From positions 20,094-84,093 of the forward strand of contig JBEKDF010000010.1 of assembly GCA_050014495.1 (NCBI GenBank): 64,000 nucleotides of DNA, given 5' to 3'. The stretch is from Candidatus Bathyarchaeia archaeon (GTDB lineage: Archaea > Thermoproteota > Bathyarchaeia > TCS64). This document shows, one piece after another, positions 50,311 through 60,839 of this stretch. The position numbers and the translations under genes are program-made. Numbering within the stretch: position 1 is the first letter of the stretch; each line of letters begins with the position of its first letter. Under the pieces are notes generated by a model that was given only the letters and a program-made list of their open reading frames with translations, had not been told where the DNA came from and searched no databases.

Positions 50311-52959
50311 ATGGTAAAGCGTGTCTACGACTTCGCTGAGGGCAATAAGGATATGAAGGACCTCCTTGGGGGAAAGGGGGCGAATCTCGCTGAAATGGCT
50401 AACATGGGCCTCCGAGTGCCTCCCGGTTTCACGATCACAACCAAGACCTGCGCTGAATTCTTCGCGGCGAAAGGAAACTTCCCGGAGGGCCTCTGGGATG
50501 AGGCGTTGCTACACTTGAAGAAAGTCGAGAAGGCGACGGGGAAGAAGTTTGGGGATGCCAAGAATCCTCTCCTATTCTCGGTCCGAAGCGGTGCACCCCT
50601 CAGTATGCCGGGAATGATGGACACCGTCCTCAACCTTGGCATGAATGACTCCGTCGCCATCAGTCTTTCAAAGCTTACAAAAGATGAGCGTTTCGTCTAC
50701 GATGCCTATAGGCGCTTTGTCACGATGTTCGCCGACGTCGTCATGGGAGCGGATAGAAAGGAATTTGACAGGATCCATGAGGCATGGAAGGAGAAGGAAG
50801 GTGCGAAGAGCGATCCTGAGCTCAGTGCCGAAGCACTCAAGAACGTAGTTGTAGAGCAAAAGAAACTCTTCAATAAGATAGTGAAAAAGGAGTTCCCCGA
50901 GGACCCCTACGAGCAGCTCAAACTCGCAATCGCTGCAGTCTTCAATAGTTGGAATACCCCCCGCGCCATCACATACAGAAAGATCGAGAACATACCCGAT
51001 GACATGGGGACCGCTTGCAACGTGCAGACAATGGTATTTGGCAACTTAGGCAACGACTCGGGTAGCGGTGTACTATTTACACGTGACCCAAGTAGTGGGG
51101 AGAAGAAGATACTAGGTGAACTGCTCTTCAACGCCCAGGGGGAGGACGTCGTCGCGGGAATTCGCACCCCCATAGGCATAGATGACCTGAAAAAACAGAT
51201 GCCGAAGATCCACAACGAGCTTATCGATATCGTTGAGAAACTTGAGTCCCACTACAAGGACATGCAGGATGTTGAGTTCACAATCGAAAGGGGTGTACTC
51301 TACATGTTGCAGTGCCGTAATGCGAAGAGGACAGCTAAGGCGGCAGTGAAGTGCGCAGTCGACATGGTGGAGGAGAATCTCATAGACGAGAAGGAGGCCA
51401 TCCTCCGCGTCGAGCCGAAACAGATCGAGTTGCTGCTCCATAAGACGATTGACCCTAAGACGAGTAGGAAGGCGCTAGCAAGAGGACTACCTGCAAGTCC
51501 AGGCGCAGCCACTGGGCAAACAGTCTTCGTCCCGAAGGAGGCGGAAGAGTGGAAAGCCGCGGGTAAGAAAGTCATCCTCGTACGACCAGAGACGACGCCC
51601 GAGGACATAGCGGGAATGGTCGCCGCGGAGGGCGTCCTAACGAGTAGGGGAGGAATGACGAGCCACGCAGCAATCGTCGCCCGAGGCATCGGTAAGCCGG
51701 CGATAGTCGGCTGCGAGGCACTCCACATCGACCTAGATAAGGAACTATTCAAGGTCGGGGAAGTAACGGTGAAGAAGGGGGACATCATCACCATAGATGG
51801 ACTCACAGCGGACGTCTACGTTGGTGAGGTGGAGTTCATCGAGCCTAAGGTGGGCGGTGAGGTTGCGACCCTGCTTAGCTGGGCGGATAAGTACAGGCGC
51901 CTCGGTGTTTGGGCGAACGCCAACGATGAGAAAGACGCCTCGAAGGCCTACGAGAACGGTGCTGCAGGCATCGGCCTTACCCGCACTGAGCGCATGTTCC
52001 TCGGTGTGGAGCGTGTCGCCCTGGTCCGCGAGATGATCATGGCTGACACGAAGGAGGACCGCCAAAAGGTGTTGGATAAGCTTCTACCCATGCAGAAGAA
52101 GGACTTCAAGAGCCTCCTTAGGGCGATGCACGGGAAGCCGGTGCAGATCAGACTCCTCGACCCGCCACTCCACGAGTTCATGCCCCATGAGGTCGACGTT
52201 GTGACGGAGATCTTCGAATTGGAGAAGGCGAATGCTCCAAAGAAGGAGATCGAGGCAAAGAGGGTCATCCTCGGTAAGGTACGCAGAATTCAGGAGGCAA
52301 ACCCTATGATCGGACTTCGCGCTTGCCGAGTTGGCGTCCTATACCCGGAGATATACGAGACTCAGGCCCGCGCCATCTTCGAGGCGGCTTGTGAGTTGAA
52401 GAAGGAGGGCGACGATCCGCACCCTGAGGTCATGATCCCTGGAACCATCACATGGAGAGAGTTAGCATACCTGAAACCCTTCGTGGTCAAGGCCTACGAC
52501 GAGGCGATGAAGAAGTATGGGGAGAAGATAATCTTCAAGTACGGAACGATGATAGAAATGCCACGCGCTGCGTTGACGGCTGACGAAATGGCGAAGGAGT
52601 GCGACTTCTTCAGTTTCGGTACCAACGACCTGACACAGACGGGAATGGGGCTGAGTAGGGATGACGCCCAGGGCACCTTCCTGCCAATCTACATTGAGAA
52701 GAAGATCCTGTCGGATGACCCATTCCAGACCCTCGACAAAAAAGGCGTAGGCAGTCTGGTGAAGACATGTGTACAATTGGCTCGGCCGGCGAACCCAAAG
52801 ATCAAGATTGGGATCTGCGGTGAACATGGAGGCGACCCGGAAAGCATCTACTTCTTCCACGAGGCAGGGCTCGACTACGTGAGCTGCAGCCCCTTCCGTA
52901 TACCGGTGGCACGCCTCGCAGCTGCTAGGATCGCCATTCTTAGCGAAAAGAAAAAGTAA
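50311..52959 (+). CDS. ppdK: Pyruvate, phosphate dikinase
   Basis: LLGGKGANLAEM, SVRSGA..SMPGMMDT, GGMTSHAA, RLLDPPLHEF, SFGTNDLTQ, GICGEHGG. Confidence 0.98.
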   Translation: MVKRVYDFAEGNKDMKDLLGGKGANLAEMANMGLRVPPGFTITTKTCAEFFAAKGNFPEGLWDEALLHLKKVEKATGKKFGDAKNPLLFSVRSGAPLSMPGMMDTVLNLGMNDSVAISLSKLTKDERFVYDAYRRFVTMFADVVMGADRKEFDRIHEAWKEKEGAKSDPELSAEALKNVVVEQKKLFNKIVKKEFPEDPYEQLKLAIAAVFNSWNTPRAITYRKIENIPDDMGTACNVQTMVFGNLGNDSGSGVLFTRDPSSGEKKILGELLFNAQGEDVVAGIRTPIGIDDLKKQMPKIHNELIDIVEKLESHYKDMQDVEFTIERGVLYMLQCRNAKRTAKAAVKCAVDMVEENLIDEKEAILRVEPKQIELLLHKTIDPKTSRKALARGLPASPGAATGQTVFVPKEAEEWKAAGKKVILVRPETTPEDIAGMVAAEGVLTSRGGMTSHAAIVARGIGKPAIVGCEALHIDLDKELFKVGEVTVKKGDIITIDGLTADVYVGEVEFIEPKVGGEVATLLSWADKYRRLGVWANANDEKDASKAYENGAAGIGLTRTERMFLGVERVALVREMIMADTKEDRQKVLDKLLPMQKKDFKSLLRAMHGKPVQIRLLDPPLHEFMPHEVDVVTEIFELEKANAPKKEIEAKRVILGKVRRIQEANPMIGLRACRVGVLYPEIYETQARAIFEAACELKKEGDDPHPEVMIPGTITWRELAYLKPFVVKAYDEAMKKYGEKIIFKYGTMIEMPRAALTADEMAKECDFFSFGTNDLTQTGMGLSRDDAQGTFLPIYIEKKILSDDPFQTLDKKGVGSLVKTCVQLARPANPKIKIGICGEHGGDPESIYFFHEAGLDYVSCSPFRIPVARLAAARIAILSEKKK

Positions 52960-53232
52960 CCAACTTTAAATTACGAAATTAAAGTATTTTTTAGTCATGG
53001 CGCGAACGATTCGACTTTTATTCAGACCGACATGAGTCACCCTATGGAGATAAAACTTGTCGGTGAGGAGAGAATGGTGTGCTCGCGCTCGTGAATACGA
53101 TAGAATAGACAAGTTCACATATTTCCAACATTACAAGCCCTGAAGCAACGCGCGTTCGTAGTAGGGAGGCTCATGCGCCTCTGCCACTGAGGCGAGAAAA
53201 CCTCATCTATCTAACGCCACATATCCATCCCC

Positions 53233-53598
53233 ATGTCATATCTAGACCACTGCGGAGTGTATGTTAAGGACTTGGAGAAGTCCCTGGCATTCTATAAGGA
53301 TATATTCAATTGGAAGGAGAAGACCAGCTGGACTTCCGGCGAGGCGAAGATCGCCGTCCTAGACATAGGAAAGGGACTGATGGAACTTGTGCAACGCCCC
53401 GGTTCACCCTGTCCACCCCCGAGCGGAAACTGGACCCACCTCGCCCTACACGTTGAAGACTGGCACGACAAGGTCAAGAAGCTTGAAGCTATGGGCCTAG
53501 AACTGAGGAAAGTCTCAATGAACGGGGGCAACATCGCCTTCTTCAAGGATCCCGACGGCCACACAATAGAGATAATGGAAAAGGGCCTCTCCCTGTAA
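53233..53598 (+). CDS. VOC/glyoxalase family protein
   Basis: LDHCG.YV.DLEKS..FY, HLAL.V, FFKDPDG..IE. Confidence 0.9.
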   Translation: MSYLDHCGVYVKDLEKSLAFYKDIFNWKEKTSWTSGEAKIAVLDIGKGLMELVQRPGSPCPPPSGNWTHLALHVEDWHDKVKKLEAMGLELRKVSMNGGNIAFFKDPDGHTIEIMEKGLSL

Positions 53599-53645
53599 CC
53601 TAGCCATCCAAACGTATTTCTCCCAGCTTCTACTAGAGTGAAGGG

Positions 53646-53885
53646 ATGTCGAGCCCCATCTACATCAGGTGTCCGAACCCTAAGTGCCGTAAGCTCAACC
53701 CAATCCAATCTAATGACTCCGGGAAGGAACACACCTGCGTATTCTGCGGCTGCATCATAGAGCCCGAGAAGACTAACAAAATCGATGAGGCTTCCATAAA
53801 GAGCAAGGGCAAGAACAGACGCTTCCCACTACAGCAGTCTGAGAGTAAGCCCATAAATAGAAACCAGAGAAAACCCATGTTCTAA
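53646..53885 (+). CDS. Small zinc-ribbon protein
   Basis: RCPNPKC...N ... CVFCG. Confidence 0.55.
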   Translation: MSSPIYIRCPNPKCRKLNPIQSNDSGKEHTCVFCGCIIEPEKTNKIDEASIKSKGKNRRFPLQQSESKPINRNQRKPMF

Positions 53886-54158
53886 GCGAGTCAGTTTATT
53901 TCTATTTCTTTTCCCGAACGAGGAGCATTAATGTGATGACTCCAACGCACACGCTGTCAGGAACCATTACACGGGCGAATAAGAGCCCGTTATGTCTACT
54001 ATGTACCCGAAGATCGGGGACCCGCAATATTTCCTATTAGCAGAATCATCAGAAAAGCCCATAGCGAGGCCCGTGTTTATCATCTGTGTCGACTCCGAGA
54101 CGTGTGCGCAACCTACTCCCTGAAAGCGTTATCTTCCGAATCGATCCCTAATACCCCC

Positions 54159-54773
54159 GTGTCGGGCATAGAGGTGCGGGAGCTGAGAAGAGAGGACATA
54201 CCTCGCCTCTCCGAGGTCCTCGCACAGGCATTCAGCACCGACCCCGTCCTCGACTGGGCCATGCGCCCCGACGATGGAAGGATCAGCGCCCTCCGAGACA
54301 TGTTCCGCAGGGGGATGCAGGGGAATCTCCGATATGGAGTGGAGACGACAACAACCGACCTCAACGCTTGCGCCATCTGGGCACCGCCCGAGGCGCTGAA
54401 TGAGTCACGCAGCCCATTAGACCCGATCCTCACCCTCCCCTACCTAATCGGTTACTCCGGCTTCGGCAGGCTTCGTAGAATGATCGCCTTTTCCAACGCC
54501 TGCGACGAGAAGAGACCACATGCCCCCCACCAGTACCTAGACTTCATCGGAGTCCACCCTGACAAGCAGGGGCAGGGCTACGCCTCCGCACTTCTCCGCT
54601 ACACACTCACAAGACTCGATATGAATGGCGTTCCAGCCTACCTCGAGAGCAGCAACCCTAGAAACAACCCCCTTTACCAGCGCCACGGTTTCAAGATAAT
54701 TGAAGAGATCCAGCTCCCAGATGGTCCCACACTCTGGTGTATGTGGAGAGAAACAGCTCAAAAGACGACGTAA
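54159..54773 (+). CDS. GNAT N-acetyltransferase
   Basis: AF..DP, YLDFIGV.P..QGQG.AS, AYLESS..RN..LY.RHGF. Confidence 0.9.
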   Translation: MSGIEVRELRREDIPRLSEVLAQAFSTDPVLDWAMRPDDGRISALRDMFRRGMQGNLRYGVETTTTDLNACAIWAPPEALNESRSPLDPILTLPYLIGYSGFGRLRRMIAFSNACDEKRPHAPHQYLDFIGVHPDKQGQGYASALLRYTLTRLDMNGVPAYLESSNPRNNPLYQRHGFKIIEEIQLPDGPTLWCMWRETAQKTT

Positions 54774-55071
54774 AAAATATAGTTCGCATAGTTTAAAAAA
54801 TTGGGTGAACAAGCCAAAAAATAACTCTATTTTCGAAAAGAGTGCATAAAAAGTCCCTAACGAGGATCATTTTTTTAGGATAAGGTACCATCGCCAAGCA
54901 AAAAAAGCGTCAAAAATAGGATAAAATTGACACGTTTCGAGCCGCAATCTCCAAGGGGGGCAGCTCAAACAGCTGAATTTAAGCTATAATTTCACTACTC
55001 GAGGACGTCTGACACCTATAGTCACCGAGGCACCATTATAGAGGAGACCCCCCTATACACATCCACTAGCG

Positions 55072-55632
55072 ATGAGCTCAGACACCCCGACCCTTAACGA
55101 GGCCATTGCCGCAACAAATACGAGACTCAAGCAGGTCCTAGGAACAGATTGTACAATACAAATCCACCACAAATTGAATGACTCGCTCATCCAGACTATA
55201 CTCAAGGTTGACGCCCAGAAGTTCAGAGAGGAACTTAGATATAGACACGAGGAGGTCCTCGAACATAGCAGTATCCCAGGCTTCCTACTTATACTCGCCG
55301 AGTGTGGTGGTCAGCCTACCGGCATCGTCTATGGCTATGATGAGCCGCGGAATGGGTTTTTCCTCGACACACTCGCTTCTATGGTTGAGCAAAAGGGTAT
55401 CGGACACATTTTGGCGACGCTTATCGTCATCCACGCTCAAAACAAAGGCTACACACATGTAACACTGTATACTGAGGAGCAAGACGAGAAGGGCCGCCAA
55501 CTCAGGAAGTTCTATGAGAAGATGGGTTTTGTCTACCTCGGAACCGAACCCCGCAAAGGAGATGTGATGAAACTCCAGGTCACTCCTGAAGGTACTAGGG
55601 AGCTTTACCAAAGGTATATCGCAAAGAACTAG
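55072..55632 (+). CDS. GNAT N-acetyltransferase
   Basis: FLDTLAS...QKGIG, FYEKMGF. Confidence 0.85.
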   Translation: MSSDTPTLNEAIAATNTRLKQVLGTDCTIQIHHKLNDSLIQTILKVDAQKFREELRYRHEEVLEHSSIPGFLLILAECGGQPTGIVYGYDEPRNGFFLDTLASMVEQKGIGHILATLIVIHAQNKGYTHVTLYTEEQDEKGRQLRKFYEKMGFVYLGTEPRKGDVMKLQVTPEGTRELYQRYIAKN

Positions 55633-55698
55633 CTAAAGAGTTCCATCCCAAGCTTCTATCTTAAGTAATGTAAACTCATATAGATCAATCTGGTAATC

Positions 55699-56331
55699 AT
55701 GGAAGTTCTCAAGGGAGTCCACAGCATAGATAACTCTGAGAAGAAAGATCACAGCATGGAATGCTGGATACTCGACTGCAAAGAGGGCATAGTACTTGTT
55801 GACGGCGGCATGACCCCACAGGCCGTCGAAAATATCTCAGCCGAACTGAAGTCGATGAAGAAGGAGTGGAAGGATGTGAAACTCATCCTCGTCACCCACA
55901 AACATGGCGACCACACAAATAACCTCCCCGAGCTCAAAAAGCTCACAGGAGCCCCAATAAAGGCTCAGAAGCTAGAAGCGCCACTCATCGAGAAGGCTAT
56001 CGGGGTCAAGGTCGAGGGCCTCAATGACGGAGAGGTCGTACCTTTCTGCGGTGGGATTGAGGTGATCTGGGTCCCTGGTCATAGCGAGGGTAACTCAAGC
56101 TATTATCTCAGGAAGCATAAGGCGATCATCGCAGGGGACACGATCTTCGGTGACGCCGAGGGGAACCTGATGGTGCCTCCAGAAAAGTACTGCCTCGACA
56201 CAAAACAGGCTACGAAGGAGATTGAGAGGCTTCTTAGATATGACTTCGACTATCTACTCTACACCCACGGGAAAGATATAATGGGAGGGGCTAAGGCAAA
56301 AGTAAAGGAGCTCGTCGATAAGACCCGATGA
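55699..56331 (+). CDS. Metallo-beta-lactamase fold hydrolase
   Basis: LVDGG, THKHGDH, PGHSEG, AGD, HG. Confidence 0.9.
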   Translation: MEVLKGVHSIDNSEKKDHSMECWILDCKEGIVLVDGGMTPQAVENISAELKSMKKEWKDVKLILVTHKHGDHTNNLPELKKLTGAPIKAQKLEAPLIEKAIGVKVEGLNDGEVVPFCGGIEVIWVPGHSEGNSSYYLRKHKAIIAGDTIFGDAEGNLMVPPEKYCLDTKQATKEIERLLRYDFDYLLYTHGKDIMGGAKAKVKELVDKTR

Positions 56332-56441
56332 AACGGACAAAACCCACATTTCCTCAAGATAATCAAAGCTAAATGGAATAACGAGGGCTAACTCAACTCG
56401 ATCACGAAAGTGTAAAAAGGGAGTGAAGCCATTACTTCAGC

Positions 56442-57461
56442 TCAGACTAAGTCGAAGTACTCGAGTAGGCTTATTGAGTCCTCAGCCTCTGTGAGCTGCT
56501 TAGGGAGCGCTAAGTCGTATGAGTCCCTGTTCGTGAGTATTATTAAGGCTAGTTTCTTCTCGGGTACACGGATAAACTTGTGTTGAAAGCCAGCTGTCTC
56601 ACCGGTGTGATGGAGAATCTTCACCCCCCCTCTTTTTGCTATGAACCAACCGAAACCATACTCCGTCGGACTGCCATCTGTAAGCCTACCTGCAGTGAAA
56701 GCTGCCTCAAGAAGGTCTTTATCGACGAGTTCGTCCGAGTTCAGAGCCCGATCCCACTTCATTAGATCTTGAATCGAGGAGTAAACACATCCATCCCCGA
56801 GTGTAGCGCTCGTCTTGCTCTGGTCGTTGAATCTAAAAACGCTGGCACTCCTAGTGTAACCATATGCACGATCCTTGATCTTTACACCCTCGCCCTCGTA
56901 GAGTCTCGAACCAGTCATGCCCAGTGGTTTGAATATCTCACGCTCCACGTACCTCGGGAAGGGAACACCAGAAACACGTTCGACGATGACGGCGAGGAGC
57001 ACATAAGCAGTGTCGCTGTATTGGAACTTCGATCCCGGAGGAAAGTAGGTGGAGGGAAGACTCCTCACCTTCTCCACCACATAATCCTCGTGAACCTGTC
57101 CGGGGTAGTTCACGGGGACATCGTTCTCGTAGTCTCCAAGACCAGAGGTGTGGCCGAGCATCTGCCTCACAGTGATATCGTCAGCGTAACCTGGTAAATT
57201 TGGTATGAATGCGGATAACTTATCCTCGAGGCCCATCTTCCCCCCTTCGACAAGTTTGAGGACACATATGGCGGTGAAAGCCTTTGTTACCGAGGCTAAT
57301 CGGAAATTCGTTGAAGATTTTACTAGAGTTCCAGTGGAAACCTCAGCCAATCCATAGCTTCTACTAATTAATTCGTCATCCTTGACAACGGCGAAGGATG
57401 CACCTGGCACAGCGCCAGTATACTCGGAGAAAAGGGCATCAATCCTGTCACCAAGGCTCAT
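56442..57461 (-). CDS. Serine hydrolase, beta-lactamase/PBP-related family
   Basis: ASVTK (SxxK), HTSGL, YSD (YxN-like), HTG. Confidence 0.9.
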   Translation of the reverse strand: MSLGDRIDALFSEYTGAVPGASFAVVKDDELISRSYGLAEVSTGTLVKSSTNFRLASVTKAFTAICVLKLVEGGKMGLEDKLSAFIPNLPGYADDITVRQMLGHTSGLGDYENDVPVNYPGQVHEDYVVEKVRSLPSTYFPPGSKFQYSDTAYVLLAVIVERVSGVPFPRYVEREIFKPLGMTGSRLYEGEGVKIKDRAYGYTRSASVFRFNDQSKTSATLGDGCVYSSIQDLMKWDRALNSDELVDKDLLEAAFTAGRLTDGSPTEYGFGWFIAKRGGVKILHHTGETAGFQHKFIRVPEKKLALIILTNRDSYDLALPKQLTEAEDSISLLEYFDLV

Positions 57462-57621
57462 ACCCGTAACAACCCAACACGAGGATAATTAATTTGCTCA
57501 GAAGATGATGCCTACGGGAATAGAACTTTTTCTACAAATCTCGGTGACCCTATTCGTGACCTCACAGTAATAATCCAGATTCAGGAGCGAGGGTAGCGCG
57601 CAAAAGACTTCGCCAAGTTGA

Positions 57622-58401
57622 TCAGGTAGACTCACCCAGCTTACGTCTTAGATCCTCCTCAATGGGCTTCCTCTCGTCTGGAGTCTCTCTCCACTTCTTC
57701 TCGAGACCACGCCGCTCCTCCGCGGACACCAACCCTATCTTACGCGCCCTGTTGAGAAGATCGATGAACTCACGATACATCACAGCATCATCCACCGGCT
57801 TCGCAATCCTCGAATGAATCAACTCTCTCTGAGTCTTAATTTCTGTAAGAATAGTTATAACAGGCATCATCTCAAACAGTGTCCTCCTCAATTCACACTC
57901 ATCGGATTTAATCTGGGCATAAACCACCTGCAAAATTGGGGTGGCGGGAGCTTCGTAAACACTCTGACCACTCAATGTTCGTCTCCCACCGGATCTTATC
58001 ACCTCAGCCTCCTCGATGAGACGTGAGAGCATCGCTGTGTCTACTCGACTAGCGAGATACTTCTTCTGAATAATGAAGCTGGCCTCCTTGAAACCCCGCA
58101 TCGATAGACGTGTCTCGAAGAAGACTGGGAGCTGCCTCATCGCCGCATTAAAGAAACCCTGTTCCTCCAATTGGCTCGGATGAAGTATATTTCTTAGGTG
58201 TCTCAGACTCTCGGCGTCTCGATACACGACAGATACAATCAGCTGCTCCCCGAACTCCTCAACTTCAATGACAGGTTGGGGTCGCTTCTCCCTATCCAAC
58301 CTAGATAGAGGGATCGTGAGAAGCTTATCATCAGACACGTATTCCATAACGTCGACATCGGTAAGGTCCTTTACGAGATTGTTCAATGTGATCTTGGCCA
58401 T
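57622..58401 (-). CDS. Hypothetical protein
   Basis: 259-aa ORF with normal codon usage; no motif recognised. Confidence 0.7.
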   Translation of the reverse strand: MAKITLNNLVKDLTDVDVMEYVSDDKLLTIPLSRLDREKRPQPVIEVEEFGEQLIVSVVYRDAESLRHLRNILHPSQLEEQGFFNAAMRQLPVFFETRLSMRGFKEASFIIQKKYLASRVDTAMLSRLIEEAEVIRSGGRRTLSGQSVYEAPATPILQVVYAQIKSDECELRRTLFEMMPVITILTEIKTQRELIHSRIAKPVDDAVMYREFIDLLNRARKIGLVSAEERRGLEKKWRETPDERKPIEEDLRRKLGEST

Positions 58402-58577
58402 TTTATACCAGGGAATAAAGCGCGACCTCGACGTCAAAGGAATCCAAATCAGATAGTAATTGGCTCTCTATTCAACTATTCGCATTTTTCAGAAACGCAC
58501 GAAAATCGGTTATTTGAAATTGAAACAAATACATAAAGGAATTCACTAGCTATAAATCTGGGAGAGCCAAGAAGTGT

Positions 58578-59978
58578 ATGTTCAAGATGGATTCTAGAGG
58601 CACCTATGGTACGAAGGTCATTGAAGCCCACAGCATCGGAGACCTCTACATCCACGGATTCGATGAGCAGGGAGGGTACTGGGCATCATGGGATTGCACA
58701 AGCATAGTTGGCATAGACTCCGGAAAAAGTCTTGAAGACAAATGGAAGAGCCTCGACGTCTTTCTAAAAGGATCTGGACGCGAATGGCACAGCTTCCAAA
58801 GACTGAATGATTTATCTACTCTTGTGAAAACGTATGGCAACGAACAGGAATATCTAGCCAACTTCATAAAGAGAGCCTGCGATCACGAATTAAACATAAA
58901 AACTCCATATTTGTACCTAGGTTTTAGCGAGCAACCTCAAGGGTTCTTAGGATCAATCTTCAATGTTTTGCTTAATTTGGATGGATTGGGGAATCGAATC
59001 ATCACTCCAGTTGTAAACCTATCCAACGATTATAGTTGGCTAGATGAGGATCTCCCATTGTTCGAGGCGGCTTCGTCCCTGAGTTCACCGATATTCATTA
59101 ATAAAGAGCACAAAGTTGAGTATGAAATAAGGAATCCATGGTTGGATGGAGGCGCTCCAGGAGTTAATACAGGTGTCATCGGAGCCATAACACCGAATCT
59201 CCCAAGGTCAGCTCACAACGCTGAAAACGAGGAGATCTTCTTCGAGAGGGTAGAGAAGCAAATAGATATAGCTGTCGAGGGATTGGAGTCTAAGCGATCT
59301 CATCTCGAGATGGAGCTAAAGGAGGGACACATGCCATTTACAGCCTCCGTTGTGGACTCCTTCGATGACTACTTTGGTGCGGTTGGCGTCGTGGGGGTAA
59401 ATGAAGCCCTCCTAAACCTGCTTGGGAAAGGGATCGAGTCGATGAAGGGAAAAGCGGTCACATACAAGATCATAGAGACGATGCGTGATAGACTCGAGGA
59501 TTATGAGAATGACACAGGACATCGCTTCTGCCTTGAAGCGGAGCCTTCTGGGGGCGTAGGTCATCGCCTTGCGAAATTAGATAGGGAAAGGTTCCCTGAG
59601 GTCCTTACATCGGGCATCGAGGCCCCCTTCTACACATGCTCCACCTGCCTACCAATGGACTACACCGACGATCTCTGGGATGCCCTTGAGCACCAGAAGA
59701 AGCTCCAGAGCATGTACACTGGAAGGTCAATTTTCAACATCCCCTTAGAGAGAGGAATATCAGACCCCAACGAGTGCAAGATGCTGGTGAAAAGGATATT
59801 CGAGAGGACCCAAATGCCCTGTTTCGCCATCAGCCCGAGGATAAATCTTCCCTCGACCTCAGGCATGGAACAATACGAGAGAATTGGGTACACATACAGA
59901 GCAGTCTCCGAGATGGAAGCTGGTGAGAGAGAGGAGGTGAAGCTACGCAAACCCTTCGCCGTACTAAGCGGGTGGTAA
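58578..59978 (+). CDS. Class III ribonucleotide reductase (NrdD)-like protein, catalytic motifs degenerate
   Basis: AH..GD.YIH, TG.IG..T.NLPR, G.VG.NEA..N, LEA.P..G...RLA..D, FYT.ST.LP, AL.HQ..LQ..YTG. Confidence 0.8.
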   Translation: MFKMDSRGTYGTKVIEAHSIGDLYIHGFDEQGGYWASWDCTSIVGIDSGKSLEDKWKSLDVFLKGSGREWHSFQRLNDLSTLVKTYGNEQEYLANFIKRACDHELNIKTPYLYLGFSEQPQGFLGSIFNVLLNLDGLGNRIITPVVNLSNDYSWLDEDLPLFEAASSLSSPIFINKEHKVEYEIRNPWLDGGAPGVNTGVIGAITPNLPRSAHNAENEEIFFERVEKQIDIAVEGLESKRSHLEMELKEGHMPFTASVVDSFDDYFGAVGVVGVNEALLNLLGKGIESMKGKAVTYKIIETMRDRLEDYENDTGHRFCLEAEPSGGVGHRLAKLDRERFPEVLTSGIEAPFYTCSTCLPMDYTDDLWDALEHQKKLQSMYTGRSIFNIPLERGISDPNECKMLVKRIFERTQMPCFAISPRINLPSTSGMEQYERIGYTYRAVSEMEAGEREEVKLRKPFAVLSGW

Positions 59979-60679
59979 GCCAGGGCCTCCCCATCGTGGG
60001 AATCCAAAGGCTCAGCTTGAGCGATTACCCAGGAAAAATATGCGCCAACCTAATTATCCCAGGTTGCAACTTTAGATGTCCCTATTGCTCCGAAGGAAAA
60101 CTCATATTCGAATTTATCCCAATGCCGAAGATACCAGAGGATGATGTAATCGCGTTCCTCCACCCCCGACTCGGGTTCCTCGACGGCGTCTGCATAACAG
60201 GCGGCGAACCTACAATACACAGAGATCTCCCCGCATTCCTTGGGAGACTCAAATCAATAGGGAGCCTCGTTAAGCTAGACACAAACGGCTCACACCCTGG
60301 AAGACTCGCCCACGCCCTCGGGAAAAAACTCGTAGACTATGTGGCCATGGACGTCAAATTCCCCCTAAAGAAGTATGAGGAGAAAGCAGGGTACAGAATT
60401 ACCCCAGAGGAGCTACTGGATAGCATACAGCTAATACGAAGAAGCGGCGTCGACTACGAGTTCAGAACGACACTTGTGCCTGGCATAGTCGATGAAAAGG
60501 ATCTCTTGGAGATCGCTGAGACTCTAAGGGGATCGAAGAGGTATGTGCTCCAAGGCTTCAAGAATGGGTCGACGCTTTCAAAAGAATGTGAGGATGTGAA
60601 GCCCTATAGCCTCTCAGAGATGGAGGAGTTCAGGGACCTTGTAGAGCCCTTTGTGGGTGAGGCAAAGCTCAGATTTTAA
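59972..60679 (+). CDS. nrdG: Anaerobic RNR activase-like radical SAM enzyme
   Basis: SL.DYPG, GCNFRCPYC, ITGGEPT, KLDTNG, DYVAMDVK, YEFRTT. Confidence 0.9.
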   Translation: MVSQGLPIVGIQRLSLSDYPGKICANLIIPGCNFRCPYCSEGKLIFEFIPMPKIPEDDVIAFLHPRLGFLDGVCITGGEPTIHRDLPAFLGRLKSIGSLVKLDTNGSHPGRLAHALGKKLVDYVAMDVKFPLKKYEEKAGYRITPEELLDSIQLIRRSGVDYEFRTTLVPGIVDEKDLLEIAETLRGSKRYVLQGFKNGSTLSKECEDVKPYSLSEMEEFRDLVEPFVGEAKLRF

Positions 60680-60839
60680 TAGAACGAGCGGAAGTTCTGC
60701 GACAAACCCTCAGGAGTGTAACTTGGCAGACCTGAGTTTAACCGCTCGTCCGATTCGGAGAAGAGTACCCAGAAATATATACTTTATCGATTAGTAAAAG
60801 GAATGGTTAATTCAGTATATACTCAATAATCCCTGTTTT

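Noticed and set aside
47533..52959. Inteins in RadA, TFB or PPDK; selenocysteine read-through in the Mo enzyme or C-GCAxxG-C-C protein
   Set aside because: Protein lengths are normal and there is no in-frame TGA at Cys positions.
54773..55070. A-tract spacer resembling the reverse complement of 37570-37600 (possible MITE family)
   Set aside because: Only a short low-complexity match, with no terminal inverted repeats or target duplication.
55699..57461. MBL-fold and serine beta-lactamase-like genes as antibiotic resistance
   Set aside because: Both superfamilies are mostly general hydrolases; motifs alone do not support resistance.
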